A stretch of 64,000 nt of DNA, from the IMG/VR virus record IMGVR_UViG_3300030329_003775; one strand, given 5' to 3'. Shown piece after piece: positions 21,801-28,578 of the stretch; within the stretch, counting starts at the first letter, position 1; each line of letters opens with the position of its first letter. The translations under genes and the position numbers were made by a program. The notes under the pieces were generated by a model, which ran no database searches, was not told the origin of the DNA, and saw only the letters and a program-made list of their open reading frames with translations. The stretch comes from an uncultured virus (IMG/VR IMGVR_UViG_3300030329_003775) (lineage: Duplodnaviria > Heunggongvirae > Uroviricota > Caudoviricetes).

Positions 21801-24800
21801 AAGTAAGCTGGTCAATATTCAAGAGGAGATGGGCATCAAGGTGCTCGATGAAAGCGGCCCATACGCGTATTTCCGTAAGGCCATAGGAGCAGAACTATTC
21901 ACTGTAGCCCGCCACATGAGCTCCGAGATTCAATCTGTTGTGAGAGAGATGCGGGCGAAGTGGACCGCTGACGGCAATCGCAGGCGTAAACCTAGTGACG
22001 TCGAGGTGGAGTCCGCTGAGGAGTACTCCAAAAACCGTGACGCCCTTGCGGGTAAGTGGAGGGGCATGGTTGATCAGGGCTCTTGGCGCACATTCGTTGG
22101 TGACCTTGCCGCCAAGGAAGGGCAGGGGGTGTTCATGTCTGCAGAGGACATTGTACTCAGCGAGGATAAGCTTGGCGATCCGGTGCTTGATAAAGTTGGT
22201 GTTCTTGCTTCCAGAACAGAGGCGATAGAGGCGTGGGGAGAGGCCACTACCGAGGAGGGCGGTGACCCGGTTCTTTTTGCGGAGCTCCTCTACGAAAAGA
22301 CTGGTGGCAATATGGCGGACCACGTCACCAAGGCTCTTTATGTAGCCAAGACGCTTGGCCAACTCCAGAGAAAATATAATGGACTCAACGCACACATAAA
22401 CGAGGCATCAAGCCCGACGTCCATAAATAACGTATTTGATAACAGTCCACGCGTTATGATGGATGCTCGGCAGACGGAAGGATTCCCGAGCTCATGGATG
22501 AGCTACATGACTTACGAGGAGCACCAAGTCACTGCCACTATACGGGGATGGGCTGCGCAGGCCGCGCTGGGAACCGATATGTCGGGAATGGACTCGGACT
22601 TGAGTACAGCAAAAAGGATATTTGAGGCACAGGACGACATGCTCGTGAAAATCCAAGGGGAGGCCGACGAAGCCTATGGTGTAAACCCAACCGCAAAGAA
22701 GCAGCGATGGATTGAAAATGAGGCCAACAAGAGGGCGCTCAATGAGTTTGGGATCAAGGAGGGTGGTTATAAAATTCTTTCCGAGGCCAAGAAAAATAAA
22801 AAGTCGCTTGAGACATTCAGGCAGAAGGTAAGCTCGTTGATGCGGAATGAGGCTTCCAAGGCGACACTCGAGTACTCGTCCGCGATGGAGCTTCTTGGCT
22901 CGCTTGCGGGAATCGCGGTGCAGGCCGTTAAAACGGCCATCATCGACACGTCGGCGCTGGCTGTCCAGCCCGTCGCCAAGGCTGGCGTCCGCACAGGCGG
23001 TAAGTGGAGCGCAAGGAATTTATTTGGGTTCACAAAACAGATTGTGGGCTCATTTCTGCAGGCCATGGGCCGTCAAATCGACCTTGAGGCAGGTTGGCAG
23101 ACTAAATACTCCGAAGCCAATCTGGGCGACCCAGACAATCTCATGGAGGCCCGAGACAGGGTCGTCGCAGCGCTCAACCGGGAAGTCCCACCGGGCACCA
23201 TGTTTCCGGGTGCAGTCAAGACGGCGAGATTTGTATCCGAGTTCTTTCTCCGAAGCGGCTTCGTTGGCTGGGGTGAGCGTGGGGCAAAGACTCGCTACAC
23301 CACATTGAAGCCGCAGGCGGTATTTACAATGGCCAGCATGTGGATGCACGGGGCCAACGTAATCGGGACGTGGAAGACCTACGCAGAGCTGGTCAAGAAG
23401 GCGGCAGATGCGCTGGAGTCAAACCCAAAGGCCAAGCGTAACAGTGATTACGAATTGAGTCACACCGATGTCGGCATGGACAAGACGGGGTTTGACTACA
23501 TGAAGGGAATGCTTGCGGATCAAGGCATGAGGCTTGAGGCCTTGGCGCGGAATTTGAACAGCGGCAAGGAGCTAAAGGGGGACACTGAGATTTTTACAAA
23601 CCATCAGCTGCGACTATTGGCGACACTTGCTCAGACGGAGATCACCAAGGAGACTTCTCCTCTCACGCGGCCTACATGGGTGTACACAACTGAGCTGGGG
23701 AGATGGGCCAACCCGCTTTTGGGCTGGTCTCTTGAGAAGACCGCTGACATCGCCAGAAATTTCAAAACTAGGGATAATGCAGGCAGATTCAGCTATAAGG
23801 TTGCCCTTCGGTCAATGGCACCGTTCACGGTGGTTCTACCGATAACTCTGGCGTATGCCATGATTCGTGAAGAGTGGGAAGAGGAGTGGCTAGGTAAAAA
23901 GGCTAACCGTCTGGACTTTGATGCTGACAAAGACTTGACTCATAATTTTGTGGCATTTGTGGACCGGGCCAATGTTGCAGGCACATTTGGTATTGCGGGC
24001 GATGCCGCAAACTCTCTTATCAACCTCACATCAGGCAGGCAGTTCTCGATTGAGAACCGAGTCTTCTTTTTATCCATGGTGACAGGCTTGTTGACCGAGG
24101 CATGGAAATGGAAGGGACGCGGTATGCCCACTGACTACCAGCACATGACAAGGCCACTTATACAGTCCCTTGCTGGCGGCGGACTGCTGGAGTTCTTGCA
24201 GGCAACTGACGGGGCATTTGGTTTGGCTGAGTCTGAGCGCCAGGTAACGAGGCGAATTAACGTCGAGAACTGGCTGCGGTCTGTAGGAAGGGCGCTCGAG
24301 CTCGATGTCAGAGGCTTTTATAAATCCCAGACAAGAAACACGGTTAAGCCGCATGTGCGCAATATGGCAATCCACGCCATGTCCAATGACCCAGAGGCCT
24401 TTTGGAAGGCGCACAGATCTGCCCTCAAAGAGGCGAATGAATGGGTCATCGAGAAGAGGAACTATACCATTCGGACCGGAGGGCGCGTCGAGTCAGACAA
24501 GACCGTCCATGAAGAAGCCGTCGAGTACGTTCGCAGCAGCTTCAGGGACCAGCACCCATTGCGCAAAATATTCGTGACGATGCCTACCGACATGCAATAC
24601 CAGATGCTCCTCAATGAAATCCCCGGCGACCACCGAATGGACATAAAGAGTGCTATTGATATGTTTAATTCCTATGGGGAGCGGATTGGGATTGAGCCAC
24701 TCCAAGGTAAGACGGAAAAGAAGTCTACGCGGAGAAGGCTGAAGAGACCCACTGGAATCGTGAGTGATTTATTGCAGAAGAGGAGGCGTGAAATTTTCCA

Positions 24801-24819
24801 AAAAGCAACCGGATATTAA
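12865..24819 (+). CDS. Giant (3984 aa) internal virion / ejection polyvalent protein with a zincin-like metallopeptidase motif
   Basis: Uninterrupted 12-kb ORF; Gly/Ala membrane-like N-terminal segments; HEAIH...DEFMA motif at ~19327-19520; last gene of the ejection cluster. Confidence 0.8.
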   Translation: MSRLADFYRQQRPDEGSLSDNEILYKYYASKGEAWMRENHPQDWRQLQDSINKAFPLSFGEELSRGWTRGVEGLKSTYYGGKAFAWDAVGADDWRDKNIEWYQEHSQRASDPATAARDPDSWGALVGEAAPSVGESLVVAGGGALAASMLTPGIDPTDVAAAPAGAIAGVVRKQAIKNLMRDQFGAKAAKEAGIGALGSHLVKSVPSAATSQLASRYGKKEAADLVQAEMKSIMATSGGTLASFGNSLGLNTGGIYGDLASDPDIDPDDAFNISLIGGSISAIPDSVLPSYVAGKLMRSIYSKPITESVKRSTYQKIANSFPGRVTRYMGGAAGWEGTTEFFQEYVHIISRKVAEGATLSDAIDAPLSYDEVERMNHAFKVGAVAGGMSGGVVTGASYLSPADQSDQSDQTGPSEPLEPDIEQVNKFGEMFGGRSAKPGELEVFLGTMTQEEIAEVDEILSREVADWTVNVKGEVTNQSPAIVAEISDKITNDGNDEAKRSYYYKQRNEARLKAAQESAVRSDTPKEGYDEKGGTPPTEDQLKSAFNAINTAASDHNNDTKEEAEEEAEADPEAQWQKKQAWAQKRADAGLATHVTLEVIDSLTALHSEDKEISKRWQSELYASKRKQLVELLEKGISTIDDIARATTILNDMRGAMMSGIDPNNIKDVEAVSDTFAMFADTIPVAPGLVSKYKEHTEAKNWKARKWKLLRPKREYRGDSIWSGGGSFDGINIEYFWDRPEHGQPYHHSDTTGEVAPSRRADLLEFLGKGIDPYEIPAPRKRPFPASGKKEWGEFPEEMSPFALALKAAKQKKKNQKQLVPSLPNEAQVAKANADIDSRIEFLEKELNKVEAEINKANEKNSEDLDKLAKNRRELQEKGNWDEAAEAKYSRDVSKLAPSETLTLNLLRIKQEIENLNGTRDYEEGQFLQGSHIAFQTQLAEKQETYSEPNDQGEVEEKKLERPRYPAFYLIDEDTIAARDLREALRVSSEGTKEEAAEAYEKLGDILTSQGRAKGRKESLSSRLVILQDEDGAYHVLSIHKKNKKYLVTLPVGYPKSGRKKNVSLNELIEKNYSVKGSIRLLFEREEVRHRVPREEFNSWAKERIDERHSQASAAVSLDRAEAGGKTKALDAHDEEGGELETYGFSEGTWTGEGAEIEAKRTENTIVEAIQEQLDKGEIMPEELPPFSKKTKDWVYSLVSASATTNPNISSEELSYAIIGSILSDSPDPVKKELRDYYDSNGKTAGLAAAIGREVYEAREKIQPGYGEQEIKALGGGQEKRGGVPEGAQKRENEESGGASRTTQRGETDDKVKPPPPSVISRSTREKIDEDKAAETPTAVEETGPPAALADAIGRRNIDWVDGELRLPNGKPVTSENVEEIIARLDEDDKSRSTYGTGVEGGLTEAEAEAAVRNMPDDVDVTTLQQVLINDSRVTTKAEAIEKFEASKADREQYRNDLRLALSVVEGQSSTTTPLESKAGDEEFASDRAAMLEDLLLRKKIPIDVVNGDTGEIILAAGRKIFKNRLAKLLQAHDHVSELLFEGGTEEQIQEWRSKIMGILSPAPLESRIDGGNTESEINELENIFLGEKIRAQIFHADTGEIIIPGNKTITRDMLANLHRLRDKLDFEPVPGDRASRPQDANEVRKKVMGVLEDKGAFLFKTRREENTHGYIAVERNKVLDGKASPEDVAFAMSYNLRQEATEGAANKLSAFENAVRNGADFLEELHKLLEGLGYRKVHSVGEKVAYNPLTEEDMVGGMIPGDSAVVTEPAWRGERGVVRGRVTTESEIEVAVDETDREANTAANRQLVEESFLQGLRQKITGRISKEVNSINEMPEGDESNLGPLIDAVKRIEEVLLETEVLPSKEDPYTRSFKTIEALPDGWGKQIRRSALQGLRPKVDKGTRGELDDLLVLITRDDLSSYGIALKKAKRIIEFLTRAELLPSSFGIDPTRRASLASANEQEIVNASLTPLQTEDVIGAFGGYKYNPETGRMEPVEVVPTTKDAINHNVNASVSHVSEAAPEVEYVPSMLDGLTDDEANAVTKGIREKINGTTEGAMGMVEVLLQSEANMEMGPDAELTSFEKMFVKIAAFLRAHPLLADVKWKIAKGARVVKDPEGSYAGTTAAEYTDHDRTITLYLYHMTSRRKLAADLIHEAIHALTQRLVYDFKEGGGKRLTGRQRDALNKIDRLYKKALKIYSEKNQGKATPYAFSSLDEFMAHVMSSRVIIQTLANMEGERTDTSLLQDIWNQLKILILDVLEAVKGTEVLLGPEESTTLDRTLAGEAIEGILVLGGASKDQIEGVSYQAFMNMVGGVKAGPPATTLQSIMGGGTTVTRGSDVDNTALNKTQVATFNALDKVYKSMYEHWNEMGMNPTGVSYEEFVKLQLGTDLPSTRINDINKALIKVGKATIDKGTTIDSITNKERVADNTYQLLSRTKAKMVNSRNKAEETVIEASEKFDQSNNELESIRKNYMAAGATTRIVATSLRNFLDDMKRTLTNQHGVTFNIITRTHNALKAYQEDVPLNTDKNAVFVADKLTSDEDLLFEALSELSELDINFAGSSHSDLAGYVDDVLTKMDTTLDRISSDQDVKAAAASLLVSLAKTNQFILDLIQVRNMGAEAAMGNKERDAINNAIKLAMSADVEALSNARRAVGSVQTHSAAAERILSHLTKKKNEHAKLLRDQKKAREFIDMDNVTRKELDFHMARLEESLDAEQAALREAAGGSKKLLADAHQGFLYIVPTNPDIPSRDLLNVKANKDKGWIQVLYMSPPKDKHGKAMSRKAYLGKLQRDLAAMKAWLDKPGRTKDKVYRFIKRSYARIANEVVLHEYQSRRSHTVLAVLGQFQDWANVTGNPVLKNAGARISRFWGLVKWSEQAEPLAREWVIAEANAKRALGWTSEGSTDAIRARVHSVALSYFENHQELLENEGSVEAAITKGLKNLRQQWIAAGGEFGTKIRDDGTWAAVEKYIRTTGKISSKLVNIQEEMGIKVLDESGPYAYFRKAIGAELFTVARHMSSEIQSVVREMRAKWTADGNRRRKPSDVEVESAEEYSKNRDALAGKWRGMVDQGSWRTFVGDLAAKEGQGVFMSAEDIVLSEDKLGDPVLDKVGVLASRTEAIEAWGEATTEEGGDPVLFAELLYEKTGGNMADHVTKALYVAKTLGQLQRKYNGLNAHINEASSPTSINNVFDNSPRVMMDARQTEGFPSSWMSYMTYEEHQVTATIRGWAAQAALGTDMSGMDSDLSTAKRIFEAQDDMLVKIQGEADEAYGVNPTAKKQRWIENEANKRALNEFGIKEGGYKILSEAKKNKKSLETFRQKVSSLMRNEASKATLEYSSAMELLGSLAGIAVQAVKTAIIDTSALAVQPVAKAGVRTGGKWSARNLFGFTKQIVGSFLQAMGRQIDLEAGWQTKYSEANLGDPDNLMEARDRVVAALNREVPPGTMFPGAVKTARFVSEFFLRSGFVGWGERGAKTRYTTLKPQAVFTMASMWMHGANVIGTWKTYAELVKKAADALESNPKAKRNSDYELSHTDVGMDKTGFDYMKGMLADQGMRLEALARNLNSGKELKGDTEIFTNHQLRLLATLAQTEITKETSPLTRPTWVYTTELGRWANPLLGWSLEKTADIARNFKTRDNAGRFSYKVALRSMAPFTVVLPITLAYAMIREEWEEEWLGKKANRLDFDADKDLTHNFVAFVDRANVAGTFGIAGDAANSLINLTSGRQFSIENRVFFLSMVTGLLTEAWKWKGRGMPTDYQHMTRPLIQSLAGGGLLEFLQATDGAFGLAESERQVTRRINVENWLRSVGRALELDVRGFYKSQTRNTVKPHVRNMAIHAMSNDPEAFWKAHRSALKEANEWVIEKRNYTIRTGGRVESDKTVHEEAVEYVRSSFRDQHPLRKIFVTMPTDMQYQMLLNEIPGDHRMDIKSAIDMFNSYGERIGIEPLQGKTEKKSTRRRLKRPTGIVSDLLQKRRREIFQKATGY

Positions 24820-24859
24820 CTAGCCGATACTTTAAAATAAGGGTAATATAGGGGGATGC

Positions 24860-25024
24860 ATGAAGGATCATCAGGACATAGCAACTACGCTTGGAGTTAA
24901 CGGGACAGTGCTAGGGGTCACTTGGCTGAGTGATCTGGAGATATTCTTAAAGCTCCTACTGTTGGTTCTCTCGATAGTATATACGGTCATAAAAATTATA
25001 TCACACTTCAGGGTCAAAAAATGA
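24860..25024 (+). CDS. Small membrane protein (54 aa), holin/antiholin candidate; not in the ORF track
   Basis: MKDHQDIATTLGVNGTVLGVTWLSDLEIFLKLLLLVLSIVYTVIKIISHFRVKK; hydrophobic helix with basic C-terminus; ATGA overlap with the next gene. Confidence 0.65.
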   Translation: MKDHQDIATTLGVNGTVLGVTWLSDLEIFLKLLLLVLSIVYTVIKIISHFRVKK

Positions 25025-25935
25025 AGAAAATATTAGTCATTCTCACTCTGGTTGCCACCTCTGTGTTGGCTGCAGAGAAAAACATAGCCGACTACTTGCA
25101 GTCTATCTCCGTGACCGTCAGGTCTGAGGCAGGCTTTTCGAGATCTGAGGGCAGTGGAGTTATCTACCGCCGGGACGTGGATGGGAAACAAGTCAGTTTT
25201 ATTTGGACCGCTGGCCATGTGGTTAGAAACCTGCGGAAAGTCCGTGAGGTCATTGATCCGGAAAAGGGCTCACCAAGGAAGCTCATTGAGTTTGGTGACG
25301 CCAAGATTGTGCGAGAAATGAGAAACGCGAATGGCCGCAAGGTTGGCGAGGTCGCGGTTGACGCCAAGATAATTAAGTACTCTGACGCGGAGGATGGCCA
25401 TGATTTGGCGCTCATGATGGTGCGCTCAAGGGACATGAAGGCGTTCGGCACGGAGACCACAAAGTTTAAGCTGGATGACAAGCCAGTGCCACTAGGGACC
25501 CACCTCTTCCACGTTGGTTCCTTGCTAGGCCAAATGGGGTCGAACAGCATGACGGACGGAATTATGTCCCAGCACGGCAGGATATTTAAGCGAACCTTCA
25601 TGGATCAAACAACCGTGGTCGCCTTCCCAGGGTCGTCCGGAGGGGGTGTATTTCTGGCCAAGGATGGCACCTGGGTGGGCATGATTGTCCGGGGGGCAGG
25701 AGAGGGCTTTAACCTAACAGTACCGGCCCGGAGGCTCGTGGGGGAGTTTTGCGAGAAGCACAAAATCAGATGGGCAGTTGATCCCGCGATCAAGGTGACC
25801 ATGGCAGACATAAACAATATGGCTGTTGAAGATGTAGGGATACCGGGTCCGAGCAAGGGAGCCGGGGATGAGAAATTATTCCCGATCCTCCCTAGGATCA
25901 CGGATCTCTCGGGTAACCCCATAAACAAAAAATGA
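25021..25935 (+). CDS. Secreted trypsin-like serine protease
   Basis: Signal peptide MKKILVILTLVATSVLA; catalytic triad motifs WTAGHV, HDLAL, PGSSGGG. Confidence 0.9.
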   Translation: MKKILVILTLVATSVLAAEKNIADYLQSISVTVRSEAGFSRSEGSGVIYRRDVDGKQVSFIWTAGHVVRNLRKVREVIDPEKGSPRKLIEFGDAKIVREMRNANGRKVGEVAVDAKIIKYSDAEDGHDLALMMVRSRDMKAFGTETTKFKLDDKPVPLGTHLFHVGSLLGQMGSNSMTDGIMSQHGRIFKRTFMDQTTVVAFPGSSGGGVFLAKDGTWVGMIVRGAGEGFNLTVPARRLVGEFCEKHKIRWAVDPAIKVTMADINNMAVEDVGIPGPSKGAGDEKLFPILPRITDLSGNPINKK

Positions 25936-26159
25936 GTACTAAAAAATCAGAAAACCTGAAGCCCGGTTGGCGCTCAACCGAGTTCATACTGACAAGTCTA
26001 ACAGCGCTCGTTGGAATAGCGATTGCTGGTGGATTTGTGGACCCAGAGGGCTCTAGCTCCATAGACAAGGTTGCTGCTTTAGTGTGCAGCGCCTTGGCCG
26101 CTGTGGGCTATTCCGTTTCACGCGGGTTAGTTAAGAAGGCGGACTTGGATAACAAGTGA
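25932..26159 (+). CDS. Holin (two TM helices)
   Basis: KPGWRSTEF motif, two hydrophobic helices, YSVSRG C-terminus. Confidence 0.75.
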   Translation: MSTKKSENLKPGWRSTEFILTSLTALVGIAIAGGFVDPEGSSSIDKVAALVCSALAAVGYSVSRGLVKKADLDNK

Positions 26160-26392
26160 TTGCCACAGCTTTAGCTGCCTTGAAAGCGATCCCTCGGCTG
26201 GTTGACGCAGCCGAGAGGATCGCTGATGGGGTTCAGGCAATGAACAGGGCGAACCAAGAACGAGTGGCCAAGGAGAGGCTTGATGAGAAAAACAATTTTG
26301 CTGACGAGTTTATTGCTGATGTCCGGGTGCGCGACCCCAAAATACAACGGGATAATGGAGATAACAGCAGCCCACCAGAAGGGGGCGGCTGA
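26156..26392 (+). CDS. Inner-membrane spanin-like protein (Rz-like)
   Basis: Follows the holin and overlaps a lipoprotein gene in another frame. Confidence 0.5.
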   Translation: MIATALAALKAIPRLVDAAERIADGVQAMNRANQERVAKERLDEKNNFADEFIADVRVRDPKIQRDNGDNSSPPEGGG

Positions 26393-26504
26393 TGCTGTAA
26401 ATGGTTCCCACTACCGTGACGGTGGTAACGAAAGTGAGATCTTTTTGCGGGAGCTAATGAGGTATGTGAACCAATTAGAATACGAGCTAGAGAGACCGAG
26501 ATGA
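26283..26504 (+). CDS. Outer-membrane lipoprotein spanin (Rz1-like)
   Basis: Lipobox MRKTILLTSLLLMSG-C; overlapped Rz/Rz1-type architecture. Confidence 0.6.
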   Translation: MRKTILLTSLLLMSGCATPKYNGIMEITAAHQKGAADAVNGSHYRDGGNESEIFLRELMRYVNQLEYELERPR

Positions 26505-26761
26505 CCCCTGATGAGATTCGCGACAAGGCCGTCGCACGATTTAATGAATTTGCACCTGTAAAATATGACATTGGCCAAGCTGAGCATGGTGGACTGCTCC
26601 ATGAGACAGTTACCATTCAGCACCTTGAGGAAGAGGTCGTAGACCTATGGTTTTACGTACAGGCACTTAAGATTAAACTAAACAATGGCAAAGTCGGAAC
26701 AGGAGAAGAGCGAGCGCCTGCAGATGGTTTATCTGGTGGCGACGATGATCGAGCGGAATGA
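26501..26761 (+). CDS. MazG-like / nucleotide pyrophosphohydrolase-like small protein
   Basis: HLEEEVVDLWFY acidic EExxD motif. Confidence 0.5.
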   Translation: MTPDEIRDKAVARFNEFAPVKYDIGQAEHGGLLHETVTIQHLEEEVVDLWFYVQALKIKLNNGKVGTGEERAPADGLSGGDDDRAE

Positions 26762-26891
26762 GTGGGTGTATGTCACCCGCGAGTCCCTGCTTGAAGCTTC
26801 TATTCTGGTTAAAGACGGTGCCCAGTTAATTGAGGTGGAGGAAGATGAGCTGAACGACCAGCTCATTGTTCGGCTGCCTGAGGGGGAATGA
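26685..26891 (+). CDS. Hypothetical protein
   Basis: ORF coupled (ATGA) to the next gene. Confidence 0.5.
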   Translation: MAKSEQEKSERLQMVYLVATMIERNEWVYVTRESLLEASILVKDGAQLIEVEEDELNDQLIVRLPEGE

Positions 26892-27640
26892 GTAAATTCA
26901 AAAAATGGGTAGCCTTTGGCGACTCTCACGGGGCGCATGTTGACAAGAATGCCGTCACTGCCCTTGAGAAGTTTATTAAGGATTACAAGCCTGATCACAT
27001 CATTGGGCTCGGGGACTTCTTTGATGTCGCCGCGCTCAGGAGCGGACTCTCTTCACAGGAATCTGCCGCATACGATGATCTGGTCAGTGACATGTTGTGG
27101 GGGTACGATACCCTAGAGAGGCTTCGACCCAGTGTGTACTTGCTTGGCAACCATGAGCACAGATTGTGGAGGGTTGCCAACGACCATGTAAATGGGCTCA
27201 TTAGGAACTCTGCTCAGCAAGAGATCAACCGTATGGAGAAGTTCTGTAAAGAGCGGAGCGTCCAGCTGCTTCCTTATCATCACAATGATGGAGTCTACCG
27301 TCTCGGCAACCTGTCGTTCGTTCATGGGTACACAGCCTCGATGAGGGCCGTTGCCGAGCACGCACTCCATTATTCCCAAGGGCCGGGGTCGGGAACAATA
27401 ATGGGCCACCTTCACCGCGTAGAGCACGCCAGCGCCAAGCGGCATGGTGGAGCGCAGGGGTGGTGCGCTGGGTGCCTGTGTGACACCGACAATATGTCAT
27501 ACATTACCCACAAGCTGGGTGCATCTCAGTGGTCTCAAGGCTGGCTGTTCGGGGTGGTTGGGAAAAACGAATACTGCGTATGGCAGGCTCAAAAAACAGG
27601 GAAACAATGGCTGGTCCCAAGCGGCTTAAAGACTCTCTGA
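26888..27640 (+). CDS. Calcineurin-like metallophosphoesterase
   Basis: GDSH, LGDFFD, GNHE, VHG and GHLH motifs. Confidence 0.9.
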   Translation: MSKFKKWVAFGDSHGAHVDKNAVTALEKFIKDYKPDHIIGLGDFFDVAALRSGLSSQESAAYDDLVSDMLWGYDTLERLRPSVYLLGNHEHRLWRVANDHVNGLIRNSAQQEINRMEKFCKERSVQLLPYHHNDGVYRLGNLSFVHGYTASMRAVAEHALHYSQGPGSGTIMGHLHRVEHASAKRHGGAQGWCAGCLCDTDNMSYITHKLGASQWSQGWLFGVVGKNEYCVWQAQKTGKQWLVPSGLKTL

Positions 27641-27876
27641 AAAAGGAGCTGGAGAGCTGGGCGGGGGAGTTCGCTTCACATTACGGGGCAGTTGTTGACG
27701 AGGTTCCAGAAGGGTGGGTGACAGTGAAATATCTGGCTAAAGAGATGGGCAGGTCGGAGGTCAACATTCGGAACAAACTCCGCAAGACGATTGAGGCCGG
27801 TAAAGTCTCGGTCAAAAAATTCAGAATCAATGTTGGTGGCCGAGTCATGTACGTTCCTCATTACAAGCTAAAATGA
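27607..27876 (+). CDS. Winged-helix DNA-binding protein
   Basis: TVKYLAKEMGRSEVNIRNKL HTH followed by a beta-wing. Confidence 0.6.
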   Translation: MAGPKRLKDSLKKELESWAGEFASHYGAVVDEVPEGWVTVKYLAKEMGRSEVNIRNKLRKTIEAGKVSVKKFRINVGGRVMYVPHYKLK

Positions 27877-28313
27877 GCACCGTAGCAACAGATGGCACCA
27901 CCATGGCTGCGGATTCTCGCATCACAGATGACGGAGGCGCAATGGACCTGTTGAATTTTCCAAAAGTCAGGAGAATCAGGGACTCTGTGGTTGGGTTCGC
28001 TGGCGACGTCGAGATGGGCATTTTGTTTTTCAACTGGATTGAACATGGTGAGCCGGATGATCCTGCGCAAAAACCGCAGTTCGACGACGACGACTTCGCT
28101 GGGTTGGTCATGCGGAAGGGTGGGGTCTTCTGGTATGGAAAGAGACTGATCCCCGGAGGTGTCCTGTCAGGCAGCCCCACCGCAATAGGTTCCGGTGGCG
28201 ACTTGGCTTTGGGTGCAATGTTGGCTGGCAAATCTCCAGCGGAGGCTGTACGACTCGCGTGCCGGGTGGATACGAACTCGGGGGGAAGGGTCAAGGCCTA
28301 CAAAATTGCATGA
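27873..28313 (+). CDS. Ntn-hydrolase (HslV / proteasome-beta-like) protein
   Basis: N-terminal STVATDG..AADS, GFAGD and AIGSGGDLALGAM motifs. Confidence 0.85.
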   Translation: MSTVATDGTTMAADSRITDDGGAMDLLNFPKVRRIRDSVVGFAGDVEMGILFFNWIEHGEPDDPAQKPQFDDDDFAGLVMRKGGVFWYGKRLIPGGVLSGSPTAIGSGGDLALGAMLAGKSPAEAVRLACRVDTNSGGRVKAYKIA

Positions 28314-28317
28314 AATC

Positions 28318-28566
28318 TTGTCGGACAAATTCGGACAAGTAGGGTATCATTCAAAAACCCTCGGGAAAACTGCAATATCCTTACCCTTCACACCGATGGG
28401 GTCGGAGGTTCAAGTCCTCCAGTGCGCACCATTTATTTTCCCCCAATATCCCGCTTTTCCGGTACAAAAGTTAATAAATTGTTAGTATGTCAGAAGTAAA
28501 GACGTATTGACAGTTGCGGACAAGTATGGCCATTTACGGACTTTGTCCGACGAATTTGTCGGACAA
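28318..28566. repeat. Integrase arm-type sites ((T)CGGACAA repeats) flanking the attP core
   Basis: tcggacaa at 28321 and 28331, cggacaa at 28517, inverted ttgtccga at 28543, ttgtcggacaa at 28556. Confidence 0.75.
28387..28431 (+). other. attP: attP core: 3' half of tRNA-Val(CAC)
   Basis: TT-CAC-AC loop, CGATG, GGGTC, T-arm GGAGG-TTCAAGT-CCTCC, AGTGCGC-ACCA; no 5' half upstream; adjacent to the integrase. Confidence 0.85.
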
Positions 28567-28578
28567 AACCCACAAGGC

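Noticed and set aside
12865..24819. Virion RNA polymerase (N4- or crAss-like) in the giant protein
   Set aside because: No recognisable single-subunit RNAP motifs or DxDGD catalytic motif seen by eye; only small insert-like domains.
28360..28431. Complete tRNA-Val gene
   Set aside because: No 5' acceptor strand, D-arm or 5' anticodon stem; interpreted as attP.
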